A stretch of DNA of 64,000 bases. Origin: Bispira polyomma. Its lineage: Eukaryota. Both the position numbers and the translations under genes were made by a program. The stretch spans positions 63,364,001 to 63,428,000 of the forward strand of contig OZ287756.1 in the NCBI GenBank assembly GCA_965649765.1, given 5' to 3'. Under the pieces are notes generated by a model. That model had not been told where the DNA came from, did not search any database, and saw only the letters and a list, made by a program, of their open reading frames with translations. Below are positions 1 through 39,171 of the stretch, piece by piece; position 1 is the first letter of the stretch; each line of letters starts with the position of its first letter.

Positions 1-2338
1 GTAATGCTGAAACTTTTATAAGAGGTTTCCTGCCTGTAAACTTGTTAAACCACCCACCATTCTGTGGCATGTGGCCATGTGGTCATATGCTGACACCTTA
101 ACAATGGCCAGAAGGGTGTGTGTATCAGTATGCAGAGATGCAAGCTAATCATTTGGTGTGATACTAAATAGGGTGTGCCAAATTATCACCTTAATTTCTC
201 CCCTCTTTACTTCCCATGGACCCTTGCCATACAGAATGGGAAGGTAGGGCGAATTATACTTTTTTAGTATACCGGAACTCTATTGACATAAAAGTGAGCA
301 TGCCAAAAATAGGTTTAATTGTACAGTTCTGTTTTGCCCTGTGTGTTAATTTACTTAATTCTGAAATATAACACTTGCTTTTAGTAAGTATTAATTAAAT
401 TTGTGTAAGCTTGTAATAATGTCAAGTAAACAAGCTGTTTTAATAATACACACACATTCAAGCCACGATACAGAATAATGTAAGCGTTCCATACAATTCA
501 GATTCATGTGTTTTCCTTGTTCATTTAGTAGATTGGGAAGTATAACACTTGTTTTCAGTAAACTTTAATTAACCTTGGTAAGCTTTTAATTATATCAAGT
601 GAACAAGCGGTATCAATACACACACACACTAAAGCCACAGTACATAAAAATCCAAAGTGTGTATGAGTTGAGTGCCTTTATTGCAAAACCACAAATGAGT
701 GGCATAGAAGGGATGGCAGGTAGGGGTGAGGGGGGTAGTTGATTGCTTAAAAATGGTGACAATGGGGACACCACCCCAGGTATACCTTGTTATATTGACA
801 GGTGTTAAGGGTAATCAATAACTTTCAATTGTTCTGGGGGAGAAAAGACACGAACAAATTAGGATATCTCTGGATAGGAAGCAACTGTGTGTGTCTGGGA
901 GAGGGGAGGTCTTCCCCCCCGCACTCCCATCAAACTCACTTAAGTTCTGTTTCCATATACACGTGCATGTCATTCGTACCCGTCATACCTATCCATCAAT
1001 GAGAGGCAAGATCATTTGGGCTTTTTTTATAACATAAAAAAGTTTAAACTGTTTTTAAAATACTGTAACTATAGCCCCATTTTACCTTCAATTTTCACCA
1101 TTTTGATCAGTTTATCAAGAGGAAAACGTTAATGTCACATACCTTATATCCAGATCTCATTTACACAGATGCCATGTCACGAGCACACCACAGACGTCTT
1201 TGTAGCAAGCCGTGACAGTAGGTTTCAACTTCATTTCGAGTTTGTCTACATTTGTCCACATCGGCTACAGCACCTTTCACCATGTGAAAGGTGAAAGGGA
1301 GTTGCGCCCCTTGCCACAGGACGCTACAGGGTGGGTTAACATCCCCGTCTGGTTGCTTTTTCATTAACCAGCTGTTAACCCCCCTACCCTTACGACCTTG
1401 CTATGCCCATGGACTTTACGATTGGATTACTGATTCTGCTGTTGCGCTTTGGAAGATGCCTGGCATCAATAAGTCTTTCTTGATGACCGTGAGCATTAGT
1501 CTCGCCTTCACAAAAGTTTTAAACAGTTTGAATGAATATACGCCATTATTAGTTTCCGTTTGTTTCTCGTTACTGGCAGGTTGTGTTGTGACTCATTTTG
1601 AGTTAGTTGCAATTAGTAGCAGTTAGGTAGCGTTTGCTGTGCTTAGTGATGTATTAGTGGGGTTTCTTATTGTCAGTTATGTCTTCGTTTATTATTAGTG
1701 GGTGATTTAATAAATATACATTTTATTTCTGCTGCACGGCCGTCACAGTTTTGTTTCGAACTCACCGACGCCTTTGCTGTGGAGGGGGATGAGTTTGTCG
1801 CATAACACTAGATCAGTGGCGCAACGGCCTGCTACAAAAGGGTCACAGATAGACACATCTGAATGAGACAGGGCCTTTAAGGTTACACAGATAGTATATA
1901 TTTCTTACGACTTTCTCCATCTATGTATGGCAGCTTTGATGTACACAGCTGTATGGGGGAATGCGTATGAGATGTGCTAGGGTTGCTTTTACGCATGAAT
2001 GGGAACAGGCCGTTAGTCATAATATAATGATATTGACAGAAGTTAAGTTGGTTGTTGTGCGTGAGTACCTCTAGCAAATCTTACTGCTATAGCACTACAA
2101 TTAGTGTTGACATAAATGTAGGGCTTTTTATATACTGTACAGGGTTTCTACCTGTATATAAAAAGACTGGCTGTTTTTCAACCAGGTGTAGTAGGATGTG
2201 TTTTGCTATTATCATTCAGCATCTTTTTATTAATTTTTGTAATGTGTGTTTTCTTTGTACCTTTTATGACAGTTTATGGCATGAAAACAGTGCTCAGTAG
2301 AAAGCATACGAGATATTATTTATCATTGTTTTAGTATC

Positions 2339-2491
2339 ATTAGAATGAGATAGAATCCTGACATAACAGTATGATCCTGTACTCACAATTTAGTTATCTC
2401 CTTCACACCAGACAATCTTGTTATATAACAACATAATCAAGTTGTGAGCCCAAGATAATCTTCTTATGTCAAGATTCTATCTCATTCTAAT
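2339..2491. repeat. Short inverted repeat / MITE-like element upstream of amylase 1
   Basis: ATTAGAATGAGATAGAATCCTGACATAA versus TTATGTCAAGATTCTATCTCATTCTAAT. Confidence 0.7.
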
Positions 2492-3220
2492 AGGAAAATA
2501 AAGTTGTGGAAACAGGATGGCCTTTGTGATAACAATATTGTGATAATAAAGATCTATCTTGTTATAACAATTTAATTAGTTTATGGCAATAAGATGTTTA
2601 AATTAAATCTTTCTTTTTTTAGGTTGTTTTCAAACTAACAAACTAAATGGTATTACCAAGAAAGAAAAACATTTTTAAGAAAAATAAGAAAAAAAATCAT
2701 GATAGATTTTCTCTAGTTTAATCCAACAATTTTTTTTGATAAATGCCAAATTAAATCTTGTTACTATGACCTGAAGGTGTAAACAATTTGATATGCCCTA
2801 AAAGTGGCGGCTTTGTGCTATTGTACAATCACTTATGTTATTTCATTCTTTATTGTACCATACTTTTGCAGAGTGACATCAAAAAGCAACTTTTAAGCAC
2901 CTGCAGGTACAATGTGTTGTAGACAGAGAGAGGTGTCTCCATGTTCCTCTCTGTATTGGCGACACAAAATCTATCAGCAAGCATATTCTATTTGGCGAAT
3001 ACTGGAAAGAGACACAGAATTAAGACAGCAGCCTTTGTAATTGTCGTGAGTACACATAAATCGACCACTTGTAATCCATGAATACTGTGAATACCACATG
3101 GTATAGCCCAGATGGTCTGGTTCTCAGCCACAATCAAAGTTTGTCCAAAGATTGCTCTTGTCATAAATAGCAAAGTACATTTGAAATGTGAAATAAGCAC
3201 AGATCATTGCATAACACAAG

Positions 3221-29055
<25,835 letters not shown>

Positions 29056-29965
29056 TAAAGTCACATGGCCCGCTGTGGTTTTTCAAATGTATTTGAGTTT
29101 AACTCTGGCAGTTGTATGATTGATGAACTTTCCTAATAAAGTTCAGGAATGAACGAAAGGCATCATTGTGTCTTCTTTAATGGTTATCCTTTATAAGTCC
29201 AGCTTTATTTACACTTTAGACCCCTAGGTTGTCGGTTAGCACCCAACAACATTTGTTAATCTCAGAACTTGTGTCTGTCGGCAAGCAGTCGACATCCTAA
29301 AATTATGTTTTTATTTTGCTTTAATTCCTCGCAATAGGAAATTGTCAGTATGGCAGAATCACCCCATTTATATCTGCGAGGTCATCATTAAATGCCAGAA
29401 ATAGTCTGCGCTGTCTATTTTACTCCAGTGCAATAGTTTTCTCTTGGTGATGAAGGGGTTAATATTGAGCTGATACTTGGGTCATATTATTTATTCAAAA
29501 CTAGATGTTCTAAAATTAATAATTTAGCCTTGTGATTTGATGGGTCTTTTATCAGATGAGACATATTTCAAAAAGTTCATCCACATGCAAAGTCCAAAAG
29601 GAAGTATAATAAGCAGTTTGGTGTGTTTCACAGAGTTGTCACGGTTGCTAAAACAAAAATAGTGGTATATGATACCCAAAATATCCCTAAACAGTTATGT
29701 GCTAAAGTCACTGCACATGGAGTTGGAGGGTGTTCTTGAAGTATGCGGATGCACAGAGGGTTTCTCATCAAGGTCACAAATGTGCCAATTGGTTGTATAC
29801 CTAATGGTCACATCCTGTTACTATTGATTGCATGCAGGTTTTGTTTATATTGGGTGTTACTATTGGTTACATGCAGGTATTGGTTGCATTGATTGTTACT
29901 ATTGGCTACATGCAGGTTTCAGTTGTATTGGGCTGCATGCAAGATTTGGTTGCATTAGATTGGTT

Positions 29966-30394
29966 AGCCTACGTTTCCTTTTAGCATGACGTCGGCCAAT
30001 TTTTCCCCTCATTACACAATACTACCAAGTGCTTCCTTTCATCAGATTTGCATCAGATCCGATCAAATGTCGGCCGGCGTCTGTTCGGCCAACAGTTTTT
30101 ATATTTTTATATATCCGATTTTGAAACGAAAATGGCTGCAAAAACATTATTATAGGTATAGTTTTCATCTAATATATACACAATATTCATCATATGTTGA
30201 CTTTGAAAATAGTATGGGAAAGCTCATTCTATTAGGATTACGGCATAGATATTCAAGTTTATAGATGGGTACCCCATTTAACTTTCCCTTCTACAGTGAA
30301 TAATACGTCACAGTGACGTCATAACGACATCAGTTTTGTAGCTGCGTCACAGCTTACATACCAGGTAGTAAAAATGTGTACCCTTATCTAACTG
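29966..30394. mobile_element. MITE of the same family interrupted by the Gypsy dimer (continues 46533-46607, then truncated)
   Basis: Joined flanks match the reverse complement of the 27910-28436 arm. Confidence 0.82.
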
Positions 30395-31020
30395 TGTAAC
30401 GTTCCCAGCCAAATTATATATATTATCAATTTCTAGAAAAGGAAAGAGTAAACCAAATATATATTTATTTGATGTCACATTGATATGCTGTTTAACCAGC
30501 AATGCTGGGGCTGTCTGAGAATCAAGAAATTACATCTAACATATCTACTAAGCTAAATATCAATACCTAGAAAACACTAGAAAATAAATATGTGGGTTTC
30601 ACCCCAACATCCTAATACCTCATGATTCCTCCTGTTGTTGACTACTACTTGTTTTCCTTCAACCAGAACAGCGAATATGCTGAGGAGTGCAGGCCTTTAT
30701 ATACCAAAACCCCAGTCAGAACAGAACAACTCAAATTACCTCACATTCCCAGCCCCCCTATTGGTTTAGAGATTTAGTATGTGCCCCAATTTTGAAGTAA
30801 CAACTTCCTGCTGCACAAAGCATGGACACCACCTAGAAACTATCATGTATGTAAACATACTGCACAAATGTGGCAAGGGAAAGTAAAGTTACATATAAGA
30901 AAACGAGCAAAGGTTAGTATTTAATCAAATATTCTTAATATCCCCCTAATACATAATTTAACACAACAAGACCGCATTGGTCTGTAATTGCGTAACCGCT
31001 TCACTAGTGTAACCGCTTTA
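30395..31020 (-). repeat. LTR1 (3' LTR, 626 bp)
   Basis: Starts TGTAAC; adjacent C-run at 31024-31029 reads as a polypurine tract on the - strand. Confidence 0.92.
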
Positions 31021-31415
31021 TTACCCCCCATCGACAAAAGAAAAGCTTGTCCTCGAGCTACAATTCATAACATAAAGTACATTATAACACATAGTATTTC
31101 TCATACAGAATCTTATCAACAACCCCCCTCAAAAAAAACATACATAGTATTCATTAAAGTAAAACATAGTTATCATGAAAGTAAAATATCAACAAAAATG
31201 TAACAATACAATTTCCATTGAAAACATATGATCAATACAAAAATTACAATCTTAAATTACATTATTAAATCAATTGTATATGATCAATACATTAATAAAT
31301 TAAATAAAAATGTTTACAATCTCTCAATCTTACATTACTAAATCAATTGTGTCTGTCCATTAACTCTTGTGCCATCATGCACTTAAATTTAATCTTTAAA
31401 ATTTAACAAGAAAGT

Positions 31416-31973
31416 TCATTGAAGTCTGGGATCCATCCACCTCTGCAGGTCCGGCAGTACAGAAAGGAATAATGGAGTGGTCCTGGGCACGTCCACCTCA
31501 GTCAACTTCCACGGCATAGGCGTAACGGTCAATCCCGCCTGGATTACAGAAACATCAGGCTCTGGTTTCTCGTCGAACAACTGGAGAAATCCATCCTCCG
31601 GTTCATCTCTCCACTCTGACAAACACTGCGTGTAAAACATATCATCCTGAGATTCAGAGACCTCCAACCCAAAGGATTAATGCTACCAGCCGGAATCCAT
31701 CTACCCGATCCACAAGAGTGCACCATCACTGGACTGAGAGGTATATCCGCATCTCTCTTCCTCTTCTGAAGTGGAATAGGATTCCCTAGACTTAACATCG
31801 GGTGTCTATCCTCAAAATGCTCCTGAAAAGATCCAATCCTAGAAGCAGGCAGTATGAAGCCACAGTCTGCCACAGAGCAGCGGTATTTCGGTCCATGGAC
31901 CTCTTAAAGATGTGTTTCATCATCTTTTACGTTGTGAGTGACAAAGCCACACTTGATACACTTTTGAATAGCA
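31416..31973 (-). pseudogene. Accessory ORF3 of the Gypsy element: tandem C2H2 zinc fingers, NLS-like motif, acidic tail (copy A)
   Basis: AIQKCIKCGFVTHNVKDDETHL*EVHGPKYRCSVADCGFILPASRIGSFQEHFEDRH...QKRKR; preceded by TATTTTCAG; one stop and one inferred frameshift. Confidence 0.72.
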
Positions 31974-32078
31974 CTGAAAATATACCGTCCATAAAGTAAT
32001 CTTTAATGTCAGATAAGGTTTAACCCTTAAATAACATATACCTCTGTTTACAACCAGCAAGCTTTCACCCGAGCTGAC

Positions 32079-35000
32079 CTAAAAATCCTTTGTAAAACAA
32101 CATTTTAGCTGAAAATCTTCAAGTCTTCTAGGAAGTCTAGTGTGCCATCCATAACGCGTCGTCCGTTGCACAACGACATCATCTGCACCACCTGAAAATG
32201 AATTGCCCTTTGTTTTACCAGGGAGCACAGTATTTACAGCAGGGTCCGTTTTACCAGAGTGCCCAATGTCATTAGTAGTATATCCTGTTTTACCAGGCTC
32301 ACTATCAGTCACTTCATCCACTGAACCAACCGGCTCAGCCTCCGACACCACATCACCTGGAAGTCCAACATCTGATACAATATCAATTAGCACACCACCC
32401 ACAAGATCATCAACACCTGAACCCTGACCTTTTAACCAGCTATCTAACTTAGCAAATGAAGGTTTCAACCTATCATGATGAACATGTTTCTTTGCACCCC
32501 CAGGAGACTTCTGTATAGTGTAAATTAAGTCTGAAATCTTGCCAACCACCAGAAAAGGACCAGTCCAAGGACAATGCAGTTTACCACTAGCTCCTACTTT
32601 CCTAGCTAGATTATGGAAATAAACACTGTCACCTACATGGTTATTCTTAAAGTTCTGTCTAAAATCATAAGCCTTTTTCTGCTGACCACTGGCAAATAAC
32701 ATATTTTCCCTGGTCAAATCATGAATATAATGCACCCTATCCCTAAGGTCATTCACATAAGATGAACAAAGCTGGTGATCTGAAACTTCCACAGGGGGAG
32801 CACCTAAAACCAAATCAACTGGAAGTTGTACTTCCCTACCAAAGAGCATCTTGACCGGAGATTGGACTGTACTTTCGTGAACAGAAGATCTATATGCCAA
32901 CATAGCAAGAGGCAATACTTCATCCCAATTCCTCTGTTTATCATTCACAAGTTTGCTTAACATATCTCCCAATGTACAATTAAACCTTTCAACCAAGCCA
33001 TCACTTTGTGGGTGATATGCAGTTATCCTTGTTTTTTTCAATATCTAGTATCTTGCACAACTCCTGAAACAAGATTGACTCGAATTGGGACCCCTGGTCA
33101 TTTTGTATCTGAGAAGGTACACCATACCTCGAAATAAAACCATGCAACAGAACCTCAGCTACAGTTTTAGCTTCCATGTCAGGAATAGCGAAAGCCTCCA
33201 CCCACCTAGTGAAATAATCGCTTATAACGAGAATATACCTGTTACCTCTGTCAGTTTTCGGAAGCCTACCAGTAATGTCCAAAGCTATCCTTTCAAAAGG
33301 AGACCCTACAACATACTGTTGCATTGGAGCCCTAGTTCTCCTAGCAGGAGACTTCTGCCTCTGACAGGCCTCATATTTCGAACACCAGCTTGAAATATCA
33401 TCTTTATAACCTGTCCTGTAGAATCTTCTAATTCTTGTCATTGTTCGCTTAACACCTAAATGACCTGAGGTAGCCTGACTATGCATTTGAGACAACACTA
33501 ACGACCTTAAACTCTCTGGAAGAATCAGTTGATAAGTAGGAGTTTTACTCCCAACTTCCCACCATTTTCTGTACAGTATCCCATCTTGCAATATCAGCCT
33601 TTCCCATTGCCACCAGTAGGTCTTGACCACACTCCTTTTATGTGAAATACTTCGCCACTCAGGTCTACCCTCACCACTCTCCTTCCAACCTTTGACTATA
33701 CCTATATAAGGGTCTTGATGCTGGGCTTCCTGAATATCTGATGAGGTTTTACCCTCAATCCAATTTACCACTGCTTTTCTTCCCTCCATAGCCTTAATCT
33801 GCCTACAGGAACAAGCATTTCTCAACTCCTCTCCCTTTGTACCTTTGTCAACCTTGTCACAATAACTACAATCACTGCATGTTCTCCTTGATAAACCATC
33901 AGTATTTCCATGCAATTTACCCAGTCTATGTATCAACTCAAAGTTGTAACAACCCAGCAATTCATTCCACCTTCCCAATTGCCCCTCAAGATTCTTGAAA
34001 TTCAAGACCCACCTTAATGAACCATGGTCACTCCTAATCAGGAAGGGAACCCCATAGAGATATGGATGGAAGTGCTTAATGGAGTCAACGACCGCCAGTA
34101 ACACCCTACGGGTCACACAAAAAGATCTTTCACTTTTGGTCAAGGCTCTGCTGTAATACCCTATCACCTTGTCAGACTCATCTTGTGTTTGAGACAAGAC
34201 AGCACCTAACCCAACACCACTGGCATCAGCGTCAAGAATAAAAGATCCCCCAGGGTCCGGATAAGTCAATATCGGGGCTCTTGTAAGCAATTCCTTGAGT
34301 CTAGTAAAAGCATTTTGACAGTCAGAGTGCCATACAAACTTTACAGCCTTCTCTGTAAGTCTATGCAATGGTTTAGCTATAGTAGAAAACCCCTTAATGA
34401 ATTTCCTATAGTAGGAACAAAGCCCTAGGAAACTCCTTAATTCCTTAAGAGACTTAAGGAACTGGCCAACCAACTACTGCTTCAATCTTCTTAGGATCAG
34501 TTGAGATTCCCTTCTTTGATACTACATGCCCACGAAATGTGACCTCTTCTTGAAACAAGTCACACTTTTTAGGGGATAACTTCAATCCAGCAGCCATTAA
34601 TCTATCAAATACCTTTGTAAGATTTTCAACATGTTCATCAAAAGTTGCACCCTTTACAATAATGTCATCAAGATAGATCAAACATATTTCTGGATTTCAT
34701 CCCTTAAAGATCTTATCCATCAATCTCTCAAAATTTCCGGGGGCATTTGTCAGACCAAAAGGCATAACACGAAATTGGAACAACCCACTTATGCTAGCAA
34801 AAGCTGTCTTTTCCCGATCCTTAGAGTCCATCTCGATTTGCCAATATCCACTCTGTAAATCGAGAGTGGAGAACCATTTTGATTCCCTAAGAGCTTCCAG
34901 ACAATCCTGAGGATGAGGCAATGGATAGGAATCTTTAAAAGAAATATTGTTCAACTGCCTATAATCAATGCAGTACCTAATAAAGCCATCTTTCTTTCTC

Positions 35001-36078
35001 ACCAAAACCACTGGTGAAGCCCAAGGACTACTAGATGGTTCTATAACCCCACTTTGTAACATTTTTCCTACTTCCTCACGTTCTACTTGACGCTGAGGAA
35101 GGGGTAACCTTCGGGGTCTTTGTTTAATGGGTTTCTCATTACCTGTATCTACTTTATGTTGAACTAGATGGGTTATCTACCTATCTAGTTTTGACAGATT
35201 GGAATATGAAACTAGAAGTGACTGTACTAACTCCTGTTGAGTAGAGTTTAATATTTCCTTACACTCTTTAAAAACTGCTTCCAAATGTTCTGATAATTCC
35301 AAGCCTGCCTGTGATTTCTTCACTACATTAAACTTTTCCCCACTAGAAGGACCACATACCCTGTCTACCAGACAACAACGCCCCAACACAGTATCTTTGT
35401 ATAACTGAATTGGACTCTCTGATGGATTCATAACTCTTTTCGGAACTAAACCTTGACTAGGATCTACTAAAGCCCTAGCCATTACAATTCCCCTCTCTAG
35501 GCACCAATTTGATGTTTCGATTATAGCCTCTTTGGGTAAAGTTATGTCCTCGTCCTGCGGCACATAGCCAGGGATAATCATCTCAGAATTCCCAGGAACC
35601 CTTATGTCCTCAGCTAGTTTAAGTCTAAACAGTGAATCTAACTTAGTTTCCAGAGTACAATGAACACTTTTGTCCCCCACAAATAAGGTCTGATTTGCTA
35701 CATCAATCAAACATTGGTTGCTACACAAGAAGTCATTACCCAGAATCACTGGCTCATTGGTTTCTACAACAACAAAATTCTGATACAAGACACCTGCAGT
35801 AGTCTTAAGTGGCAGTTTTACCTGCCCCTGAGGTCTTAAAGCTTCACCATTAGCCAACACTATAGCTTTGTCCAACTCAACTAAAGGTGGTTTCTGGTCA
35901 AACGGAATGCAATAGTATTTCTTGGGATGCAGTATAGACCTTGTAGCCCCAGTATCAATCAAACAATTTACATTTGCTCCAAATAACCTAGCCTTCAAAT
36001 ATAAACCATCTTCACTAACTGATCTTTGCGGCCCTTTCACCCTTTCAGCTGAGATACGGACCTCTATTCCAGCTGGAT
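32079..36078 (-). pseudogene. pol: pol, copy A (protease, RT, RNase H, integrase; several frameshifts)
   Basis: LIDTGA, SPWASPVVLV, LDLQSGYWQ, YLDD, DASGVGLGAVL, GHLG, DYFTRW, YHPQSDGLVER, WTGPF. Confidence 0.95.
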
Positions 36079-37480
36079 CTAGTTTAAATGAGTCCCAACA
36101 CCAAGCGAAGACTTACATTTGCCACAATCAATCATGAAATGTCCCTTAACTCCACAAAAGACGCATATTGAAGAAGAAGGCTACCTTTCCGGCCTGTAGC
36201 TCCAACAATTTGACAAGGTATGACCCTTCTTCCCACAAAAATCACAACTAATATTACCTTTAGTCCTTTTTACTGTGCCTGTTTTACCAGACCCAACTAA
36301 TGGACAATGGACCTTAAAATGTCCTATCTCACCACAGAGGAAACAACCCTTGGACTTATTACCAAATCCACTTCCATGGCCCTTCCCCTGAGTCTCAACT
36401 GTGCTAGCCTTAGAAACCCTCAAACCTTCCAAATCCCTTCCCATCTGAGAGACTTCACATTGATCAACCCCTTCATGTGTAGATATCTCAGATTGCATAC
36501 AACCCCTAACAACAGCTTGTAGTTTCCTTTGCCAGGTAACTTGGAAAGCCTCATATTCAACAGCGACATTTACAGCTTCCAAGAGTTTTGCGCTTACTTT
36601 GGAATACTGCCATTTCTAAGTCTCTATTAGTCAGTGCCTCAATAAAATTATCTTTGGCCATCCCATCCCTTAAAGAACTAGGCAACTCGATAAAGGCATT
36701 TCAGACAAGGCGACTTACATCTTGTGCCAACTCTGGAATAGATTCACCACTTTTCCTTAGCCTACCCTTCAATTAAGCCTTCTGTAATTGCTTCTGATTT
36801 TCTGGTTGAAACCTATTGCATAGAACCTTTAACAAAGTAGGATAATGTACTCTCTCATGACTCTTGAGGTCACTTAAAACAGCAACAGCTGTTCCCCTAA
36901 GACAAGCTGCTAACTCCAAAGCCATCGTTTGCAAATCCCACCCAGCCAACTGAGCTATCGGTTGGAATTGCACCAAAAAATCTTTAAAACTTGCATCTCC
37001 GTTGAAAAATGGAGCCTTTAGATTTTTATGAGCCTGCACTGACCTACCATCAGACCTTGGCGCCTCAAAATCTCTATACCCTGCCAATAATGGATCTGGA
37101 GAATATGTGCCTTCAGCCCTATCTCTACCATCTACTGGTCGATACCCTGGTGTGGAATTATAGCTCATTAAAGGATAAATATGTCTCCTCTCTCCTGATA
37201 GACCATAACCATCCCTGCCATAATACTCTTCCCCTATGGAATCTATTGGAGCTCCGTGTCTAGAGGTGTTCCCTGCATAACCCCTATCATTTTCAAACTC
37301 AGTTCTTCTGGGAGTTTTACCTCCTGCAGCTTCTCGGTGACACCTCTGATGGTAAAAATCAGAAAATGGGGTATATCCCTCCCCGTCTGCATTATGCCTT
37401 AGGTTTCTGCCCTGTGCAGAATAACTGGGCCCTTTACCCCTACCTGGAGAATCCTTGTGATGACCTCTACTAGCGGTATC
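36079..37480 (-). pseudogene. gag: gag, copy A (disrupted; three CCHC knuckles); start approximate
   Basis: CFLCGEIGHFKVHC, CDFCGKKGHTLSNC, CVFCGVKGHFMIDC; ends in TTTAAACTAG; internal stops and frameshifts. Confidence 0.88.
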
Positions 37481-37528
37481 CCTAACTTATAACTTCAAAA
37501 CTACTACCAAGTATGACCTTAACCCTAA

Positions 37529-37770
37529 CCTTACTGTCAAATTTCACCTCAACAAAGGTCTTACAGTCAAGTTTTACCTCAACAAAGACCTTACTGCCAA
37601 GTTTTACCTTAACAAAAAGACTAACTGTTAAGTTTTACCTCAACAGAAAACTTACTGTCAAGTTTTACCCCGACAGAGACCTTACTATCAAGTTTTACTT
37701 CAATACAAAGACTTACTGTTAAGTTTTAGCTCAACAGATACCTTACTGTCAAGTTTTACCTTAACAGAAC
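37529..37770. repeat. 30-bp tandem repeat in the retroelement 5' leader (also 45285-45526)
   Basis: About 8 units of CCTTACTGTCAAGTTTTACCTCAACAGAGA-like sequence, plus degenerate copies up to the PBS. Confidence 0.88.
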
Positions 37771-38099
37771 TGCAACATATCTGAAATAAAACTTACATTA
37801 AGTTTAAATTCTGCTAAGTTTCATCTCAACAGACATTAAAATTAAAACAAAAACAAAAAAAATATCTGTCAAGTTTAACCTCAACAGTACTACAACATAT
37901 CAAAAAAAAAACAACAACCAAAAAAACAAAAACAAAATCTGTCAAGTTTAACAACCTTACAGGACTGCAAAATATCTGAAAATTAAACAAATCTGCAAAA
38001 GCTTAAGTTTTTAAAATATTATTCTTATCAACTAAATATCCATAAAGTTTTACCTTCACAGAACTTTACCCTTGGATGAACCAAGTTTTACCTTGATCA

Positions 38100-38117
38100 A
38101 TCCCACCACTGTTACCA
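38100..38117 (-). other. Primer-binding site TGGTAACAGTGGTGGGAT, tRNA-Leu-like (second copy 45856-45873)
   Basis: TGG start 4 nt from the LTR edge; resembles Leu-type Gypsy PBS. Confidence 0.75.
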
Positions 38118-38121
38118 AATT

Positions 38122-38776
38122 TTTAACGCTCCGAGCCAAATTATATATATTATCAATTTCTAGAAAAGGAAAGAGTAAACCAAATATATATTTATTCGAT
38201 GTCAAACATATTTACATTGATCAAACTTATTTACATTGATGTGCTGTTTAACCAGCAATGCTGGGGCTGTCTGAGAATCAAGAAATTACATCTAACATAT
38301 CTACTAAGCTAAATATCAATACCTAGAAAACACTAGAAAATAAATATGTGGGTTTCACCCCAACATCCTAATACCTCATGATTCCTCCTGTTGTTGACTA
38401 CTACTTGTTTTCCTTCAACCAGAACAGCGAATATGCTGAGGAGTGCAGGCCTTTATATACCAAAACCCCAGTCAGAACAGAACAACTCAAATTACCTCAC
38501 ATTCCCAGCCCCCCTATTGGTTTAGAGATTTAGTATGTGCCCCAATTTTGAAGTAACAACTTCCTGCTGCACAAAGCATGGACACCACCTAGAAACTATC
38601 ATGTATGTAAACATACTGCACAAATGTGGCAAGGGAAAGTAAAGTTACATATAAGAAAACGAGCAAAGGTTAGTATTTAATCAAATATTCTTAATATCCC
38701 CCTAATACATAATTTAACACAACAAGACCGCATTGGTCTGTAATTGCGTAACCGCTTCACTAGTGTAACCGCTTTA
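38122..38776 (-). repeat. LTR2 (shared middle LTR, 655 bp, chimeric)
   Basis: Left part matches LTR3, right part matches LTR1; flanked by PBS on the left and PPT on the right. Confidence 0.92.
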
Positions 38777-39171
38777 TTACCCCCCATCGACAAAAGAAAA
38801 GCTTGTCCTCGAGCTACAATTCATAACATAAAGTACATTATAACACATAGTATTTCTCATACAGAATCTTATCAACAACCCCCCTCAAAAAAAACATACA
38901 TAGTATTCATTAAAGTAAAACATAGTTATCATGAAAGTAAAATATCAACAAAAATGTAACAATACAATTTCCATTGAAAACATATGATCAATACAAAAAT
39001 TACAATCTTAAATTACATTATTAAATCAATTGTATATGATCAATACATTAATAAATTAAATAAAAATGTTTACAATCTCTCAATCTTACATTACTAAATC
39101 AATTGTGTCTGTCCATTAACTCTTGTGCCATCATGCACTTAAATTTAATCTTTAAAATTTAACAAGAAAGT

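Noticed and set aside
802-2300. Short ORFs upstream of amylase 1
   Set aside because: No recognisable motifs; they overlap dispersed repeat fragments (e.g. 1420-1475, similar to 16205-16265 and 26830-26860).
31416-31973. env gene in the third-ORF position
   Set aside because: No signal peptide or transmembrane segment and too short; the Cys/His spacing fits C2H2 fingers.
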